Assembly (NCBI GenBank): GCA_034003325.1
Contig: JAVEYW010000005.1
Coordinates: 156,508 to 220,507, forward strand
Length of the DNA: 64,000 nt
Reading direction: 5' to 3'
Source of the DNA: Desulfobacterales bacterium
GTDB taxonomy: Bacteria > Desulfobacterota > Desulfobacteria > Desulfobacterales > JAFDDL01
Below, piece by piece: positions 44,008-54,416 of this stretch; position 1 is the stretch's first letter; the number at the start of each line of letters is the position of its first letter. The position numbers and the translations under genes are program-made. Under the pieces are notes generated by a model that saw only the letters and a list, made by a program, of their open reading frames with translations, did no database searches and was not told the DNA's origin.

Positions 44008-44832
44008 ATGAAAAAACAGTTACTTTTTGCTACGCTAATGTGCCTGATGCTATCTGTTGGTTCCGTGAAAGCTGAAACGCTCGATGCCGGGGCGATTATG
44101 GAGAAAATGTTAAGCGTGGTCGACGGCCGAAGTGGGGTGTCCCATAAGATCAACATTATTATAAAGGACAAGGATGTCGTCGTCGGCCAAATGATGGCCG
44201 GGGCTGCGGCGAAAAAGATTCAAGATGGCAACCGGCTGCTTATCGTTTTGCTGGAGCCAAAGGAGGTTAAGGGCGTCAGTTATCTGCTTCATAAATTCAA
44301 TGCTTCCGAGATTGAGCAATGGAGTTATTTCCCCTACATAGGAAGGGTGCGCCAAATTTCAGGCGCCTCGGTTTATGACAGCTTTCTGGGCACGGATTTT
44401 AATTTTTCGGATTTAGGCTATTCGCATCGAAACGGTGTGCATAAATTGCTGGGCGAAGAAACACTTGACGGGGCGTTGACCTATAAAATCGAGACGATAT
44501 CCCAGGCAAAACCGGTTTTCTATTCACGGATTGTTTCGTGGGTGGCCAAAGACTCCTTTTTACCCCTTCGCCAGGATTATTATGATGCGGCCGGACGGTT
44601 ATGGAAGCGGCAGCTTTATGAAAACATAACGAATATCAATAATTTTGCCGTTCCGCTCTTAATCCGGATGCTGGATTTGCAGCGCAACACCAGTACGGAG
44701 TTCAATATGAGCGAGATCAATACGGACAGCACACTTGTTAATGACGAAATGTTCACGCCTGAACAGCTTAAATATTCTTTGGTATGCCCGGTGTGGGAAA
44801 AAGTTTGCTATCCGGTTGAAACCGACAAATAG
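44008..44832 (+). CDS. LolA-like outer-membrane lipoprotein-sorting family protein
   Basis: Signal peptide. Size and pattern (..EQWSYFPYIGRVRQISG..SFLGTDFNFSDLG..) match recalled LolA_like/DUF4367-type proteins that accompany MMPL/RND exporters. Confidence 0.6.
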   Translation: MKKQLLFATLMCLMLSVGSVKAETLDAGAIMEKMLSVVDGRSGVSHKINIIIKDKDVVVGQMMAGAAAKKIQDGNRLLIVLLEPKEVKGVSYLLHKFNASEIEQWSYFPYIGRVRQISGASVYDSFLGTDFNFSDLGYSHRNGVHKLLGEETLDGALTYKIETISQAKPVFYSRIVSWVAKDSFLPLRQDYYDAAGRLWKRQLYENITNINNFAVPLLIRMLDLQRNTSTEFNMSEINTDSTLVNDEMFTPEQLKYSLVCPVWEKVCYPVETDK

Positions 44833-44900
44833 AGAGGTCCTTCTTGAAGGCAGGTTCTTTGCGAAGATACGTAAAGAACCTGCCGGCGGCGGGCAAAGAA

Positions 44901-45018
44901 ATTAGGCTCTTTCAACCCTTTACCAGAAACATGCACGCTTTTACGTGTATATTCGCTGAGGGTGAAAGATGGCTTTCATGCATCCCAGCATTCCAGCATC
45001 CGGCTTTGCCGGATTAGG
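44901..45018 (+). repeat. Family-1 structured intergenic element, copy D
   Basis: ATTAGG + 9-nt insert + consensus. Three 8-mer units. The terminal GGATTAGG contains the TAA stop (45014-45016, minus strand) of GntR-1. Confidence 0.85.
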
Positions 45019-45754
45019 ATAATACCATTTCGCGATAAAAGATGTTTGCCGTGCTGATCATATCCCAGCAGATGCGGTTATGACGCTTTTCATCCGTAAG
45101 AACAACCGTGTGGTAAAAAACCGGCGTGCCGTCGGGTAACCCCAGCAGCTCGGCCATATCGTCGGTACAGAGAAAGGGCAGCAGCGATTCTCTCATTTTG
45201 AGCGAATTGGACTCCAGCCATTCGGTAACACCAATAATGATGTCGCGAGGCGGGGTTGCTTCTTCGAGATTGGAAGCGGCCAGCCATTTTTCAGGAAGAT
45301 AGAAGGTCATCAGCGCTTTGAATTTTAGCTTGCCGGTAAAAATAATCCGGCAGTATAATTTATAAAGGGATTGTTGCGCGGCAGCTTCCGTTAAATTCAT
45401 CAGGCTTGCGAGCCGGGGATTTGGTTTTATCCAGTCTTTTGAAATAAATTCAAGATCCGCGGTTTTTACTTCCGGGATGGTTCTTTTGGAACTGATGAGC
45501 GTTGCAAGATCAAAAAACTGCAAGTCAAGGTTTTTGGGGACAACCGTACCCCATCCTTGTTTTCTGATCAGGAGTCCTTCCATTTCAAGAAGATCGAGGC
45601 TCTTTCGAACGCTCGTCTGGGACATGCCATGTTGCCGCGCCAATTCCACTAAGGTGTCAATTTTGGTTCCCTCTTGAATTTCACCCCTGATGATATCTTG
45701 CTTAAGCTTGTGATACAGACGAAAAAAGAGCGGAATGTTTTGACCTAAGGCCAC
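45014..45754 (-). CDS. GntR-family transcriptional regulator, paralog 1
   Basis: AAGGAG 8 nt upstream of GTG 45754. wHTH (SQTSVRKSLDLLEMEGLLIRKQGWGTVV) plus a ~170-aa effector domain. About 70% identical over the N-terminal 80 aa to the 56677-57417 product, which also starts with GTG. Confidence 0.8.
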   Translation of the reverse strand: MALGQNIPLFFRLYHKLKQDIIRGEIQEGTKIDTLVELARQHGMSQTSVRKSLDLLEMEGLLIRKQGWGTVVPKNLDLQFFDLATLISSKRTIPEVKTADLEFISKDWIKPNPRLASLMNLTEAAAQQSLYKLYCRIIFTGKLKFKALMTFYLPEKWLAASNLEEATPPRDIIIGVTEWLESNSLKMRESLLPFLCTDDMAELLGLPDGTPVFYHTVVLTDEKRHNRICWDMISTANIFYREMVLS

Positions 45755-45939
45755 TTGAATTGTCTCCTTGACAGCAGTGCGAGTCTGAATACCATTTGTC
45801 ACCCCATTAAACGCCCCTTTCGGCCAAAAAACAATCAACATAAAAGGGCTTTGTTTTGAGGGCCAAGATTTCATGGCAATAACGAAAAGACGTCAGCAGC
45901 ACGATTCCATCGCAACTGCTATTAATACATAATTTTTTT

Positions 45940-45998
45940 TTGACATATCTATAAATGGATGTCAATGTAAATTATGCTTAATTAATTAACCAACAGAC
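45940..45998 (+). promoter_or_regulatory. Promoter-operator module copy 1: TTGACA-N15-GTCAATGT-N19-AACCAACAGAC
   Basis: TTGACA 45940-45945, GTCAATGT 45961-45968, AACCAACAGAC 45988-45998. Spacing is identical to the module at 46325-46383. Confidence 0.4.
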
Positions 45999-46172
45999 CA
46001 AGATATTCTTTGCTGAAATAATTCGTTATGGGGTATCTATCCAAATGACACCACTAAAAGTTTGATTGCTTCCGTGCCATTGTTTTGATGGAATTAAATA
46101 AATAAAACAAATCGTTGCAATATAAAAAATAGGGGCGCTCATCTTGGCGACACGACCCAACGGAGTGCGCCT

Positions 46173-46289
46173 TTTAGACCCTTTACCGGAAACATGCACG
46201 CTTTTGCGTGTATATTCGCCGAAGGTGAAAGATGGCTTTTATGCATCCCAGCATCCCAGCATTCCAGCATCCGGCTTTGCCGGATTAGA
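46173..46289 (+). repeat. Family-1 structured intergenic element, copy E
   Basis: TTTAGA|CCCTTTACCGGAAACATGCACGCTTTTGCGTGTATATTCGCCGAAGGTGAAAGATGGCTTTTAT(GCATCCCA x2, GCATTCCA, GCATCCGG)CTTTGCCGGATTAGA. Confidence 0.85.
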
Positions 46290-46324
46290 TAACATGATAA
46301 AACATGTTTATAGGTAATTTTTTC

Positions 46325-46383
46325 TTGACAGGGCCCGGAATGTTTGTCAATGTGCAGTACGGTTTGCCCAAAAACCAACAGAC
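46325..46383 (+). promoter_or_regulatory. Promoter-operator module copy 2: TTGACA-N15-GTCAATGT-N19-AACCAACAGAC
   Basis: TTGACA 46325-46330, GTCAATGT 46346-46353, AACCAACAGAC 46373-46383. Confidence 0.4.
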
Positions 46384-47021
46384 ATCACCTCTTACCAGTT
46401 GTAGTAGGCACATCAAAGATCAGATTGAATTCAAAAGGAACGGGCGGTGTGTCTATGCCAAAAATATGCGAGCTCGATAGTTGAGCCTGAAGCGGTAAGG
46501 ATGACCTCCGAACCGGGTGTCGCGGATATAGTGGAATCCCGGGGCATTTATACGACAAAAACGACAAATGGCCTGAGACGGTGTACGGGCTTTTCCTGCA
46601 TCGGGCCATGAATACTCGGGAAAACGGCGATGCACCGGCCAGAGCACGAAAACGAACGACTTCATAGGGAACGTGACATTTTAAAACAAGCAGTGGCATG
46701 ATCTTGACGGCTACGCGTTGATTGCGGATACCCGCAATGTTTCGGTTTGTATTGGCGGCGTGCCGAGTATTTTAAGTTTCTTGCAGATGACGAACCGAAA
46801 AACGATTGAAGTTTTAGAAAGAGAGGTGATTGAAGAAGACACCGCGGGTCTCAGGAGCCGTTAAGGGCGATTATGGCTGCTTTTACGATCGAATTGCGAT
46901 TTACCCGAAGCTCGGGCGGGTAAAGTGGGTTTTCGTGTCAATATTCTTTTTTTGAATTCAATGACGCGGTCCACGCGGGCGCCCCCACATAGCAAGGGAT
47001 AAATAGAAAAAGGAAACGGAT

Positions 47022-48041
47022 ATGCTCGGGAAGAACTATCGAAAAAATCAATGGTGGGTTCCATTTCAAATAATGATTTGTCTGATGATGTTTTTACCCC
47101 CGGTCGGTAAAGCGCAGGAATCGTTGCCGCCGGATTTGGAGAACGCCAAACTATTTTTGAACCAAAATATAAATTTCAGAGAGAAATTTTATGACGCTGC
47201 AGCGATCAACGGAAGCGCGTGGTTGGTTGGTTATTACGGCACCATTTTGCACGTCACCGAGAATATGACGCAATTTGAAAGGCAGGACAGCGGCACCAAA
47301 GAGCCGCTGTTAAGCGTCAGCTTTGCGGATGGGAACAACGGGGTCATCGTAGGGACAAGGGGACTTATTCTTAAAACGGCCGACGGCGGCAAAACCTGGA
47401 CTAAAATTAAGACTGAATTTGATAAACACCTTTTTGCCGTGGCATTTGGCGATGTCAATAACGGCTGGGCCGTGGGTGAATTCGGCACGATTTTACATAC
47501 GGCCGATGGCGGCAATTCGTGGCAAGCGCAGTCGCTGGAAGGAATAGATGTCACCCTTTACGGTTGTTATTTTCTTGATGCCATGAAAGGCGTTGTGGTC
47601 GGAGAATTTGAAGTCATATTGTCCACCGTTGACGGTGGCGTCACCTGGCAGACGATACAGATGAACGACACGGATGGCGTCGCCCTGTGTGATGTGCTGT
47701 TCAAGACACCGGAAGAGGGAATTGCCGTGGGACAAAACGGTGTGTTGTTACAAACGCAGGATGGCGGCGTAAGCTGGGAGCGGACCAAGCTGCCGATTTC
47801 GGATAACCTGCTGGGTATCGGCGTGATGGATGATACGATATTTGTGGTCGGGCTTCGAGGGGTCATGCTGGAAAAGGCAGCGAGCGGCGAGTTTGAACTG
47901 AATAAGACGCTGGGCATATCGGGTTGGCTTCAATGTGTCGTGGGTTCCAAAAAAGGGCCTGCGCTCATCGCCGGGGATCACGGTCGTATCCTCTGGTCGG
48001 GGGGCGGAGAGGCGAAAAGAAAATGGATCATCCTGAACTAA
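47022..48041 (+). CDS. BNR/Ycf48-like beta-propeller protein (secreted)
   Basis: Signal peptide. Repeated G(T/F)ILxTxDGGxxW and GWAVG units, as in Ycf48/BNR-repeat propellers. Confidence 0.75.
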   Translation: MLGKNYRKNQWWVPFQIMICLMMFLPPVGKAQESLPPDLENAKLFLNQNINFREKFYDAAAINGSAWLVGYYGTILHVTENMTQFERQDSGTKEPLLSVSFADGNNGVIVGTRGLILKTADGGKTWTKIKTEFDKHLFAVAFGDVNNGWAVGEFGTILHTADGGNSWQAQSLEGIDVTLYGCYFLDAMKGVVVGEFEVILSTVDGGVTWQTIQMNDTDGVALCDVLFKTPEEGIAVGQNGVLLQTQDGGVSWERTKLPISDNLLGIGVMDDTIFVVGLRGVMLEKAASGEFELNKTLGISGWLQCVVGSKKGPALIAGDHGRILWSGGGEAKRKWIILN

Positions 48042-48138
48042 CCTGCCGATTGGCGAATGAGGCGGCATCATGTCGCCCGGAAACTAATTTTCTCATTCCG
48101 GCTAATTTGCAATGTAACGAAATGGAGTGCGGTTTTCA

Positions 48139-50490
48139 ATGAAAACGTTTTCTGAAATCATTATCAGACATCGCTTGTTTATTTTATTGGTACTGGCGGC
48201 TATTACAGGATTTTTCGCCTACCATCTTAAGGAGTTGAAAGTCAGGACCGAGTTTGACGATTTGCTGCCGGCCAACCATCCCTATGTTGCCTTGCATAAG
48301 TCCGTTCGGAGCATCTTCGGCGGCGCCAATCAGGTGACGGTTGTGGTGAAAGTCAAAGACGGGGATGTGTTCAACGTTGAAACCTTATCGAAAATTCAAC
48401 GGTTGACAAGAGCCGCTCAGCTACTGCCGTCCGTCAACAACTACCAGATCATCTCGCTTGCCAGTCGAAAGGTAAAGGATATTCGGGCGATTCCCGGCGG
48501 GGTTCAGGTGGGAAGCATTATGTTGTTTCCCGATGTGCCGCAGGATCAAGCCGAATTAGATGCCTTAAGGCGGAATGTCGCGAGCAATGACTTTATTTAC
48601 GGCTCCATGGTGTCCCTTGATTTCAAGGCGGCGTCCTTATCCATCGATTTTCTGGAAGTGGACCTGGATTACAACGAGATTTTTAATGCGATCAAACAAA
48701 TGTGCGATGCGGAGCGGGATGAGAAGCACAGCATTCATATGATCGGAACGCCCATTTTGTATGGGTGGGTGTATAAAAGTTTTCCGGATATCTTGCGAAT
48801 TTTTCTCTTGACCGGCGTGGTCACGGTTCTGTTGCTGTTCTTTTTTGCAAGAGGCAACTACCGGGGCGTGTTGTTGCCGGTGATAACCGCGGCGGTGTGC
48901 GGTATATGGGGGGCCGGACTGGCCGGTATGCTCGGTTACGCCATTGATCCGCTTCTTTTTGTCATTCCCTTTCTGATAAGCGCGGATGCCATTCGCCACG
49001 GCTTTCAGGTCACCATGCGCTTTATCGAAGAGCAGATGAAGACCGGAAAGCGAAAAGAGGCGGCGGTGGTAACGATACGGTCGCTTCTTATGCCCTGTTC
49101 GGTGTCACTCATCACGGATGTGGCCGGTGCGATTTTTTTGGTTTACAGTCCGATGCCCTTATTACAAAAGCTTTCGATCGTCGCTTCCTTTTGGATCGGC
49201 AGCATTTTGATCGGGGTCCTCGTGTTGGGGCCCATTTTGCTTTCCTATTTTCCCGTCAGCCAGAAAGCGACGGAAAAGTACAAGAAGAGTCTTGAATCGC
49301 CGGGGTTTATCAACGGTGTCTTCGACAAGATCATGCTGATTTTTGCAAAACTGCCCCATTACAAGAAAACCTCGGTCGCTGTTATTGTGGTACTTTTTGC
49401 GATTTTGGTGGTGACCACGAATTTGGGATTAAAGGTTCAAATCGGCGACATTCGGCCGGGGAGCCCGATTTTATGGCAGGATTCCGAATATAACAAAGAC
49501 TTTGCAGAGGTCAATGCGTCTTTCATGGCGTCCGAGCCATTGACCGTCGTTGTCCAAGGGAAAAAGAACGATGCGATTAAAAGCTCGGTCGTGGCGCATC
49601 TGATGTACGACTTTCAGCGGCATATGGAAAAAGACCCGTCCGTGGGGTATTCGGTTTCCGCTGTGGATGTGGCGCGCAAGATCAACATGGTCATGTACGG
49701 CGACAACCCGAAATATGAATTTATTCCGAGCACCTGGGATGAGATCGGGTATTTGTATTATACCTATATTTCACAGGGCGAGCCGGGCGATTTCCAGCGC
49801 TTCGGGGACATTCATTACAAGGATGCCAGTATTCAGGTGTTGTGCCTGGATCATAAGGGCGATACCATCAGCCGAATCCTGGACAGGGCGAAAACGTTTA
49901 TTGACGCGAATCCCATAGAGGAAGCGGAAATCAAGCTGGCAGCCGGCCTTCTGGGAATTCTGGGTGCGGCAAACCAAGAAATCTACATGGCGCAATTGAT
50001 TACCGTCATTCTGGCCTTTGTGTTTGTGTTTTTCTTCAGCTGGATCAGTTTTAGAAGCATTTTTGCCGCTTTTTTATTGCTGACCCCGCTCGTTTTTTCA
50101 AATTTTCTTACTTTTGCGTTTATGTATCTCAATAAAATCGGGTTGAATGTGAATACGCTTCCGGTAGCCTGCTTGGGCGTCGGGCTTGGCGTCGACTACG
50201 GGATTTATATTGTCAGCCGGATTAAGGAAGAATATGCGGTCCTCGGCGATGTGGAGGCTGCGGTTGAAAGTGCGTTGATGACCAGCGGCCGGTCCGTTTT
50301 GGCCACCGCGATTACAATCGTGATGAGTGTGGTGCTGTGGGCGTGGGCGCCGCTGCGTTTTTTGGCGGAAATGGGTATTTTACTCGCCTTCTGGATGGGT
50401 GTTGTGGCCATCGTCGCCTTGATCACCATACCGATTTTTGTTGTCTGGTTTAAGCCTAAATTTATAACAAAACAAGCGCTTGCTCACTGA
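48139..50490 (+). CDS. RND-superfamily (MMPL-like) transporter
   Basis: Two blocks of ~6 TM segments, each preceded by a large periplasmic loop, ~785 aa. The start is ambiguous (GTG 48127 or ATG 48139). Confidence 0.8.
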   Translation: MKTFSEIIIRHRLFILLVLAAITGFFAYHLKELKVRTEFDDLLPANHPYVALHKSVRSIFGGANQVTVVVKVKDGDVFNVETLSKIQRLTRAAQLLPSVNNYQIISLASRKVKDIRAIPGGVQVGSIMLFPDVPQDQAELDALRRNVASNDFIYGSMVSLDFKAASLSIDFLEVDLDYNEIFNAIKQMCDAERDEKHSIHMIGTPILYGWVYKSFPDILRIFLLTGVVTVLLLFFFARGNYRGVLLPVITAAVCGIWGAGLAGMLGYAIDPLLFVIPFLISADAIRHGFQVTMRFIEEQMKTGKRKEAAVVTIRSLLMPCSVSLITDVAGAIFLVYSPMPLLQKLSIVASFWIGSILIGVLVLGPILLSYFPVSQKATEKYKKSLESPGFINGVFDKIMLIFAKLPHYKKTSVAVIVVLFAILVVTTNLGLKVQIGDIRPGSPILWQDSEYNKDFAEVNASFMASEPLTVVVQGKKNDAIKSSVVAHLMYDFQRHMEKDPSVGYSVSAVDVARKINMVMYGDNPKYEFIPSTWDEIGYLYYTYISQGEPGDFQRFGDIHYKDASIQVLCLDHKGDTISRILDRAKTFIDANPIEEAEIKLAAGLLGILGAANQEIYMAQLITVILAFVFVFFFSWISFRSIFAAFLLLTPLVFSNFLTFAFMYLNKIGLNVNTLPVACLGVGLGVDYGIYIVSRIKEEYAVLGDVEAAVESALMTSGRSVLATAITIVMSVVLWAWAPLRFLAEMGILLAFWMGVVAIVALITIPIFVVWFKPKFITKQALAH

Positions 50491-50509
50491 ATTATAAATA
50501 ACAACGAAT

Positions 50510-50536
50510 CGGGGGCATGCGCAATGCATGCCCCCG
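50510..50536. other. Perfect 11-bp stem-loop after the RND gene
   Basis: CGGGGGCATGC-GCAAT-GCATGCCCCCG. There is no U-tract on either strand, so this is not a canonical intrinsic terminator. Confidence 0.4.
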
Positions 50537-50668
50537 AAAAGAAGTAATAGTGCCCCGATGGAATTGCATTGCCTTCGAAATCGATGCGATTTCAAGGGAT
50601 GATATAGCGCGACATGCCCAAAGTGATCTATTCATTGAAGAAAAACAACCAAAACTAAAGGGGGAGGA

Positions 50669-52219
50669 ATGAACAGAAAAAATCACATGTTAAGCTTGAG
50701 AAGGGTTTTTGTGACCGTTGCCATCCTGTCGGGATTTATTCTGCTCGGGGCGATCAGCGGTGGAGCGTATGAAATCAGTGAGTCGCTGCAGGTAAACGGG
50801 TTTCTCGAGAATCAAACCGGGTTCAGGACGCAGGATCATTCCCAGGGGTTTGCCGAAGAGGGCGATCTTTCGATCATGCGAACCACGGCGCAGGTGGAAG
50901 GAAAGGGCCGGCTGACTGAAAATTTGACTTACAGCGTCAAAGTCCGCGCCTGGTGGGAGGGAATGTATGAGTTCGACAACAACATCGACCAGCGGCCGGA
51001 TGAGTATGATGAGGACATCAAAGACATTGATTTCGGAAAGTATGTTCTTTCCGGCGAATACGGCCGATGGAATTTTCAGATCGGCAGCCAGGAACTGGTT
51101 TGGGGGGAGACGGATTTATTCCGAATGGCGGACGTGATCAATCCGGTGGATTTCAGTTGGCATTTTCTCTATACGAACCTGGATGCCGACGGCTACAGGC
51201 AACCCTTGCGCATGGCGGTATTGGGCTACGATACCGGCTGGAACCAGGTGGCCTTTCAGTTTGTGGTGATTCCGGAAGAATTTCGTCCGATCAAATTGGC
51301 GGCGGAAGGGGCGACCTGGTCGCATCCGGTTTTCAACGGGCTTTCTCTGGCCACCTTGGGCACTACCGGGTCTCCGACCTACAATCTGGCCAATATTTTG
51401 ATGCGCGAGGGGGACGATACTTCCGATTTCGATAACTGCGCGGCCGGCGGTCGAATCAGGGGAATGATCGGGGATGCGGACCTGAGCATGTTCTATTTTT
51501 ATTCTCGTGTTCAGGAGCCGACCATCGAGTTTGACGAGCATGGCGCCATGGCCGCGGGGGCGCTTGCGCAAGGTGTTTTACTGCCCGGATACAGCGTCGC
51601 CAAAATACAGCAGTTGGCATCCAGAGCCTTCATGGAAGTAAAATACCCCAAATATCATACGCTGGGTGTTACCGCGAACTATTTCGAACCGCATCTGAAC
51701 ATGGTGTTCAGGGTTGAAGCGGCGTACGATATTGACCATCCCTATATCGACCAGCAACTGACGTTCCTGGGGGAAGCGGTCGGCCTGGTGCCGACGGTGA
51801 TCAAAAGAGATGTGTTCGCCTACATGGTCGGCTTTGACAAAGAGTTTGCCTTTAAATGGATGCGTGGCAGAAACCTCAATATGTTCGGTCAGATGTTTCA
51901 GAAGTACATTATCGATTCGCCGGATACGCTGCTTTATCCATTTATGGACGATACGGACGATCAGACCATGTTCACCTTGATTTTCAATTGCTTTCTCGGC
52001 CAGGGAAACAGATGGCAGCCGCAAGTTGTATTCGGCTATGATGTTACCGGTGCCGGCATGGTATGGCCGTCAATCAAATACGCCCCGTCCGACAATTGGT
52101 CTGTCGGCCTGAATTACACTTACATAGACGGGAAATTCGACAACGGCATGGGGGGCGGATACTTCAATCCGTATGAGAGAAACGATGAAGTGTATTTGCA
52201 AGTTCGGTTGAAATTATAA
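50669..52219 (+). CDS. DUF1302-like outer-membrane protein
   Basis: Signal peptide. N-terminal LQVNGFLENQTGFRT pattern and a long beta-rich sequence. Paired with a DUF1329-like gene, as in the known DUF1302/DUF1329/BNR/RND clusters. Confidence 0.65.
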   Translation: MNRKNHMLSLRRVFVTVAILSGFILLGAISGGAYEISESLQVNGFLENQTGFRTQDHSQGFAEEGDLSIMRTTAQVEGKGRLTENLTYSVKVRAWWEGMYEFDNNIDQRPDEYDEDIKDIDFGKYVLSGEYGRWNFQIGSQELVWGETDLFRMADVINPVDFSWHFLYTNLDADGYRQPLRMAVLGYDTGWNQVAFQFVVIPEEFRPIKLAAEGATWSHPVFNGLSLATLGTTGSPTYNLANILMREGDDTSDFDNCAAGGRIRGMIGDADLSMFYFYSRVQEPTIEFDEHGAMAAGALAQGVLLPGYSVAKIQQLASRAFMEVKYPKYHTLGVTANYFEPHLNMVFRVEAAYDIDHPYIDQQLTFLGEAVGLVPTVIKRDVFAYMVGFDKEFAFKWMRGRNLNMFGQMFQKYIIDSPDTLLYPFMDDTDDQTMFTLIFNCFLGQGNRWQPQVVFGYDVTGAGMVWPSIKYAPSDNWSVGLNYTYIDGKFDNGMGGGYFNPYERNDEVYLQVRLKL

Positions 52220-52299
52220 GCCTGGTCGGTCAATGGATTGTACGGGCAAGAAATAAACCGCGAACAAACAAAAATAAATTTTAAAATGGGGGGTTTGGA

Positions 52300-53541
52300 A
52301 TGAGAAAAGCAATTGCGGCGATAGCAGCCTTATTATTCATCGGAGGGGCCTTGGTCCTCACGCCGGCGGCTTTCTGTGAAGAACCGGCTGTCGGAACCAA
52401 AATCGGGCCGGATAACTGGAAGCAATACGAAAAATATATTCCGCAATCCTTGAGTGAGCAAATTACAAGAGGACAAATGACTTTTGAAGTCGGCGGCGAT
52501 GCAACGAAATTCGTGCAACCTTCTTCAGGATATAAAAGAGCGACCGAGCAGAACAAGGGCAAAGCCAAAATCGACGCCAACGGCGCAATGACCGGTTGGG
52601 AGGCTGGCCGGCCGTTTCCAGATATCGATCCCAAGGATCCCATGGCCGGCTTTAAGATCGCTTACAACCTGGAGAGACGATATGAAGGGGATGACCAGTC
52701 TCTTCAAGCCTATCAGTTGATTAACGTCGACTCCAAAGGTCAGGAGCGTTATGTGACCGGAACTGAGTACGGCTGGATGTGGCTTTCGATTAAAGGACGT
52801 GTGGACTGCGAACCGCTGGGGGAGTGGGCTCCAAATCCAAAACAAATCTGGCGCTATAACACACTTGCCATTGATTTTCCTTATGACATCAAAGGTACTT
52901 CGCGACTGTTGATCCGGTATCTCGATTCTGCAAAAGACGACGATATCTGGATGTACATTCCCACGATGCGCCGCATTCGTCGTATGTCCGGCGCCCAGCG
53001 ACAGAACAATTTCGTTGGGACGGTTTGTACCTACGATGACATTCGAACGTTTCAGGGTAGACCCATGGAATACGACTGGAAGCTCATTGGGGAAGATCGC
53101 GTGTTGTGCGCGGCATTGGACGGAAAAACCCCGCATCCGAAGAACGAAAAAGGGTTTTGGATTGAACCAAGAAGCATGCGGGACTGCTGGATAGTGGAAG
53201 CTGTTCCACGCGACAAAAACTATGTGTATACCAAAAGATTATTCTGGATCGACAAGGAATGTTTTGTTCCCTGGCACGAGAATGTTTTTGACGTTCAGGG
53301 CCGCACATGGAAGGTCTGTGAGAATTATAATGCGCCTATTTTTATGGGCGAAAAAGCAGATGGTGAATTGGTCGTCTATGAGCAGTCCTTTATCTGGCTG
53401 GATCTGCTGGACAATACCCATACGCTGCTGGAGTACGTCGGATGGGATAAGGATGGGAAACAGACCGGTAAGATAAGCACCGGACAGACAAGAGAATGGT
53501 ACACGATTGAAAATATCGCCAAACGCGGCCGTCGGAACTAA
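52300..53541 (+). CDS. DUF1329-like (LolA-fold) periplasmic/outer-membrane protein
   Basis: Signal peptide. WEAGRPFPDIDPKDPMAGFKIAYNLERRY resembles the DUF1329 N-terminal signature. Confidence 0.65.
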   Translation: MRKAIAAIAALLFIGGALVLTPAAFCEEPAVGTKIGPDNWKQYEKYIPQSLSEQITRGQMTFEVGGDATKFVQPSSGYKRATEQNKGKAKIDANGAMTGWEAGRPFPDIDPKDPMAGFKIAYNLERRYEGDDQSLQAYQLINVDSKGQERYVTGTEYGWMWLSIKGRVDCEPLGEWAPNPKQIWRYNTLAIDFPYDIKGTSRLLIRYLDSAKDDDIWMYIPTMRRIRRMSGAQRQNNFVGTVCTYDDIRTFQGRPMEYDWKLIGEDRVLCAALDGKTPHPKNEKGFWIEPRSMRDCWIVEAVPRDKNYVYTKRLFWIDKECFVPWHENVFDVQGRTWKVCENYNAPIFMGEKADGELVVYEQSFIWLDLLDNTHTLLEYVGWDKDGKQTGKISTGQTREWYTIENIAKRGRRN

Positions 53542-53841
53542 AGAGAGAAAAACTCTCCATCTTTACACCGTAAAACCGCGAACAGGTCGGCATTAAGCTT
53601 TAAATAGCTGCATTCATCGGCTTCTCCGTTTCATAGCGGGGGAGCCGATTTTGCTTCAGGCCGCGGATAAAAGCTTTCTGCGAATCTTTTTTCAAGCTAA
53701 TCGTGTTAAGTCAAACCGGTAATGCGCCCAATTGACTCCGGTTCGTTTCTCAGCGGCAGGCGGATATTGTGCATTGACAATATGTTAGCCGCAGTGTATG
53801 CTTCAACTATTGTAAAAATCATTTTATTTCAAGGAGGAGTA

Positions 53842-54273
53842 ATGTTTAAGCATATCATGGTAACTTTGGACGGTTCCAAAATCGCAGAGGAGAGTATCCC
53901 CGTCGCAATCGGCATGAGCAAAAAAATGGAAGCGAAAGTTGTTTTGTTACAGGTTGTCGAAGTTTTTTCTCTTCTGAAAGCGGATAAGGAAGCAGAAGAG
54001 AAAGCCCTTAAAAATACCGCACAAGAGTATTTAAATTCAATCAAAAGCAAAATTGAAAAAGAGGGGATTCAAACGGATATTGCCATTCTAACCGGAAAAT
54101 CCAGTGTGGAAATTTGCAACTACGCCAAACAAAGCGGTGTGGATCTTATCATTATGACCGCTCATGGACGCAGTGGGCTCACGGGATGGGCTGTTGGTTC
54201 TGTTTCGGAAAAGGTCGTTCGGCATGCGTGTAAGCCGGTGCTTCTGTTGCGGTCCACTTTAAAGGAAGAGTAA
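53842..54273 (+). CDS. Universal stress protein (UspA family)
   Basis: AAGGAGG RBS. MFKHIMVTLDGS..., the ATP-binding-type motif TAHGRSGLTGWAVGSVSEKVVRHACKPVLLL. Confidence 0.85.
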   Translation: MFKHIMVTLDGSKIAEESIPVAIGMSKKMEAKVVLLQVVEVFSLLKADKEAEEKALKNTAQEYLNSIKSKIEKEGIQTDIAILTGKSSVEICNYAKQSGVDLIIMTAHGRSGLTGWAVGSVSEKVVRHACKPVLLLRSTLKEE

Positions 54274-54304
54274 TCTCTGACGAAAGCGTTTTTAAAGAAA
54301 GTGG

Positions 54305-54356
54305 GACCTCTCGTAAAAAGGCGGAAGATAACTTTTTACGAGAGGTCTTATTTTTC
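54305..54356. terminator. Strong bidirectional intrinsic terminator between convergent operons
   Basis: A perfect 15-bp stem, GACCTCTCGTAAAAA / TTTTTACGAGAGGTC, with a 13-nt loop, followed by TTATTTTT on the plus strand. Confidence 0.7.
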
Positions 54357-54416
54357 CGGTTTAAAAACAAACGCTATGTTTGATGGCACCTGTTCGAAGG
54401 ACAACAGGGAAAAAAA

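Noticed and set aside
46194-46208. Sigma54-like sequence ATGCACGCTTTTGCG inside hairpin 1 of every family-1 copy.
   Set aside because: It lacks the GG doublet, and the GC element is one position out of register with TGGCAC-N5-TTGC. The sequence is better explained as a stem-loop.
46385-46699. 104-aa minus-strand ORF in the long leader region.
   Set aside because: Ser/Arg/Pro-rich low-complexity translation, no RBS and no recognisable motif. Treated as non-coding (see the finding on the leader).
46691-46708. CAGTGGC (reverse complement GCCACTG, B12-box-like) and TGGCATGATCTTGAC (sigma54-like) in the long leader.
   Set aside because: No other cobalamin-riboswitch elements flank the box. The sigma54-like site has the wrong spacing and TTGA instead of TTGC.
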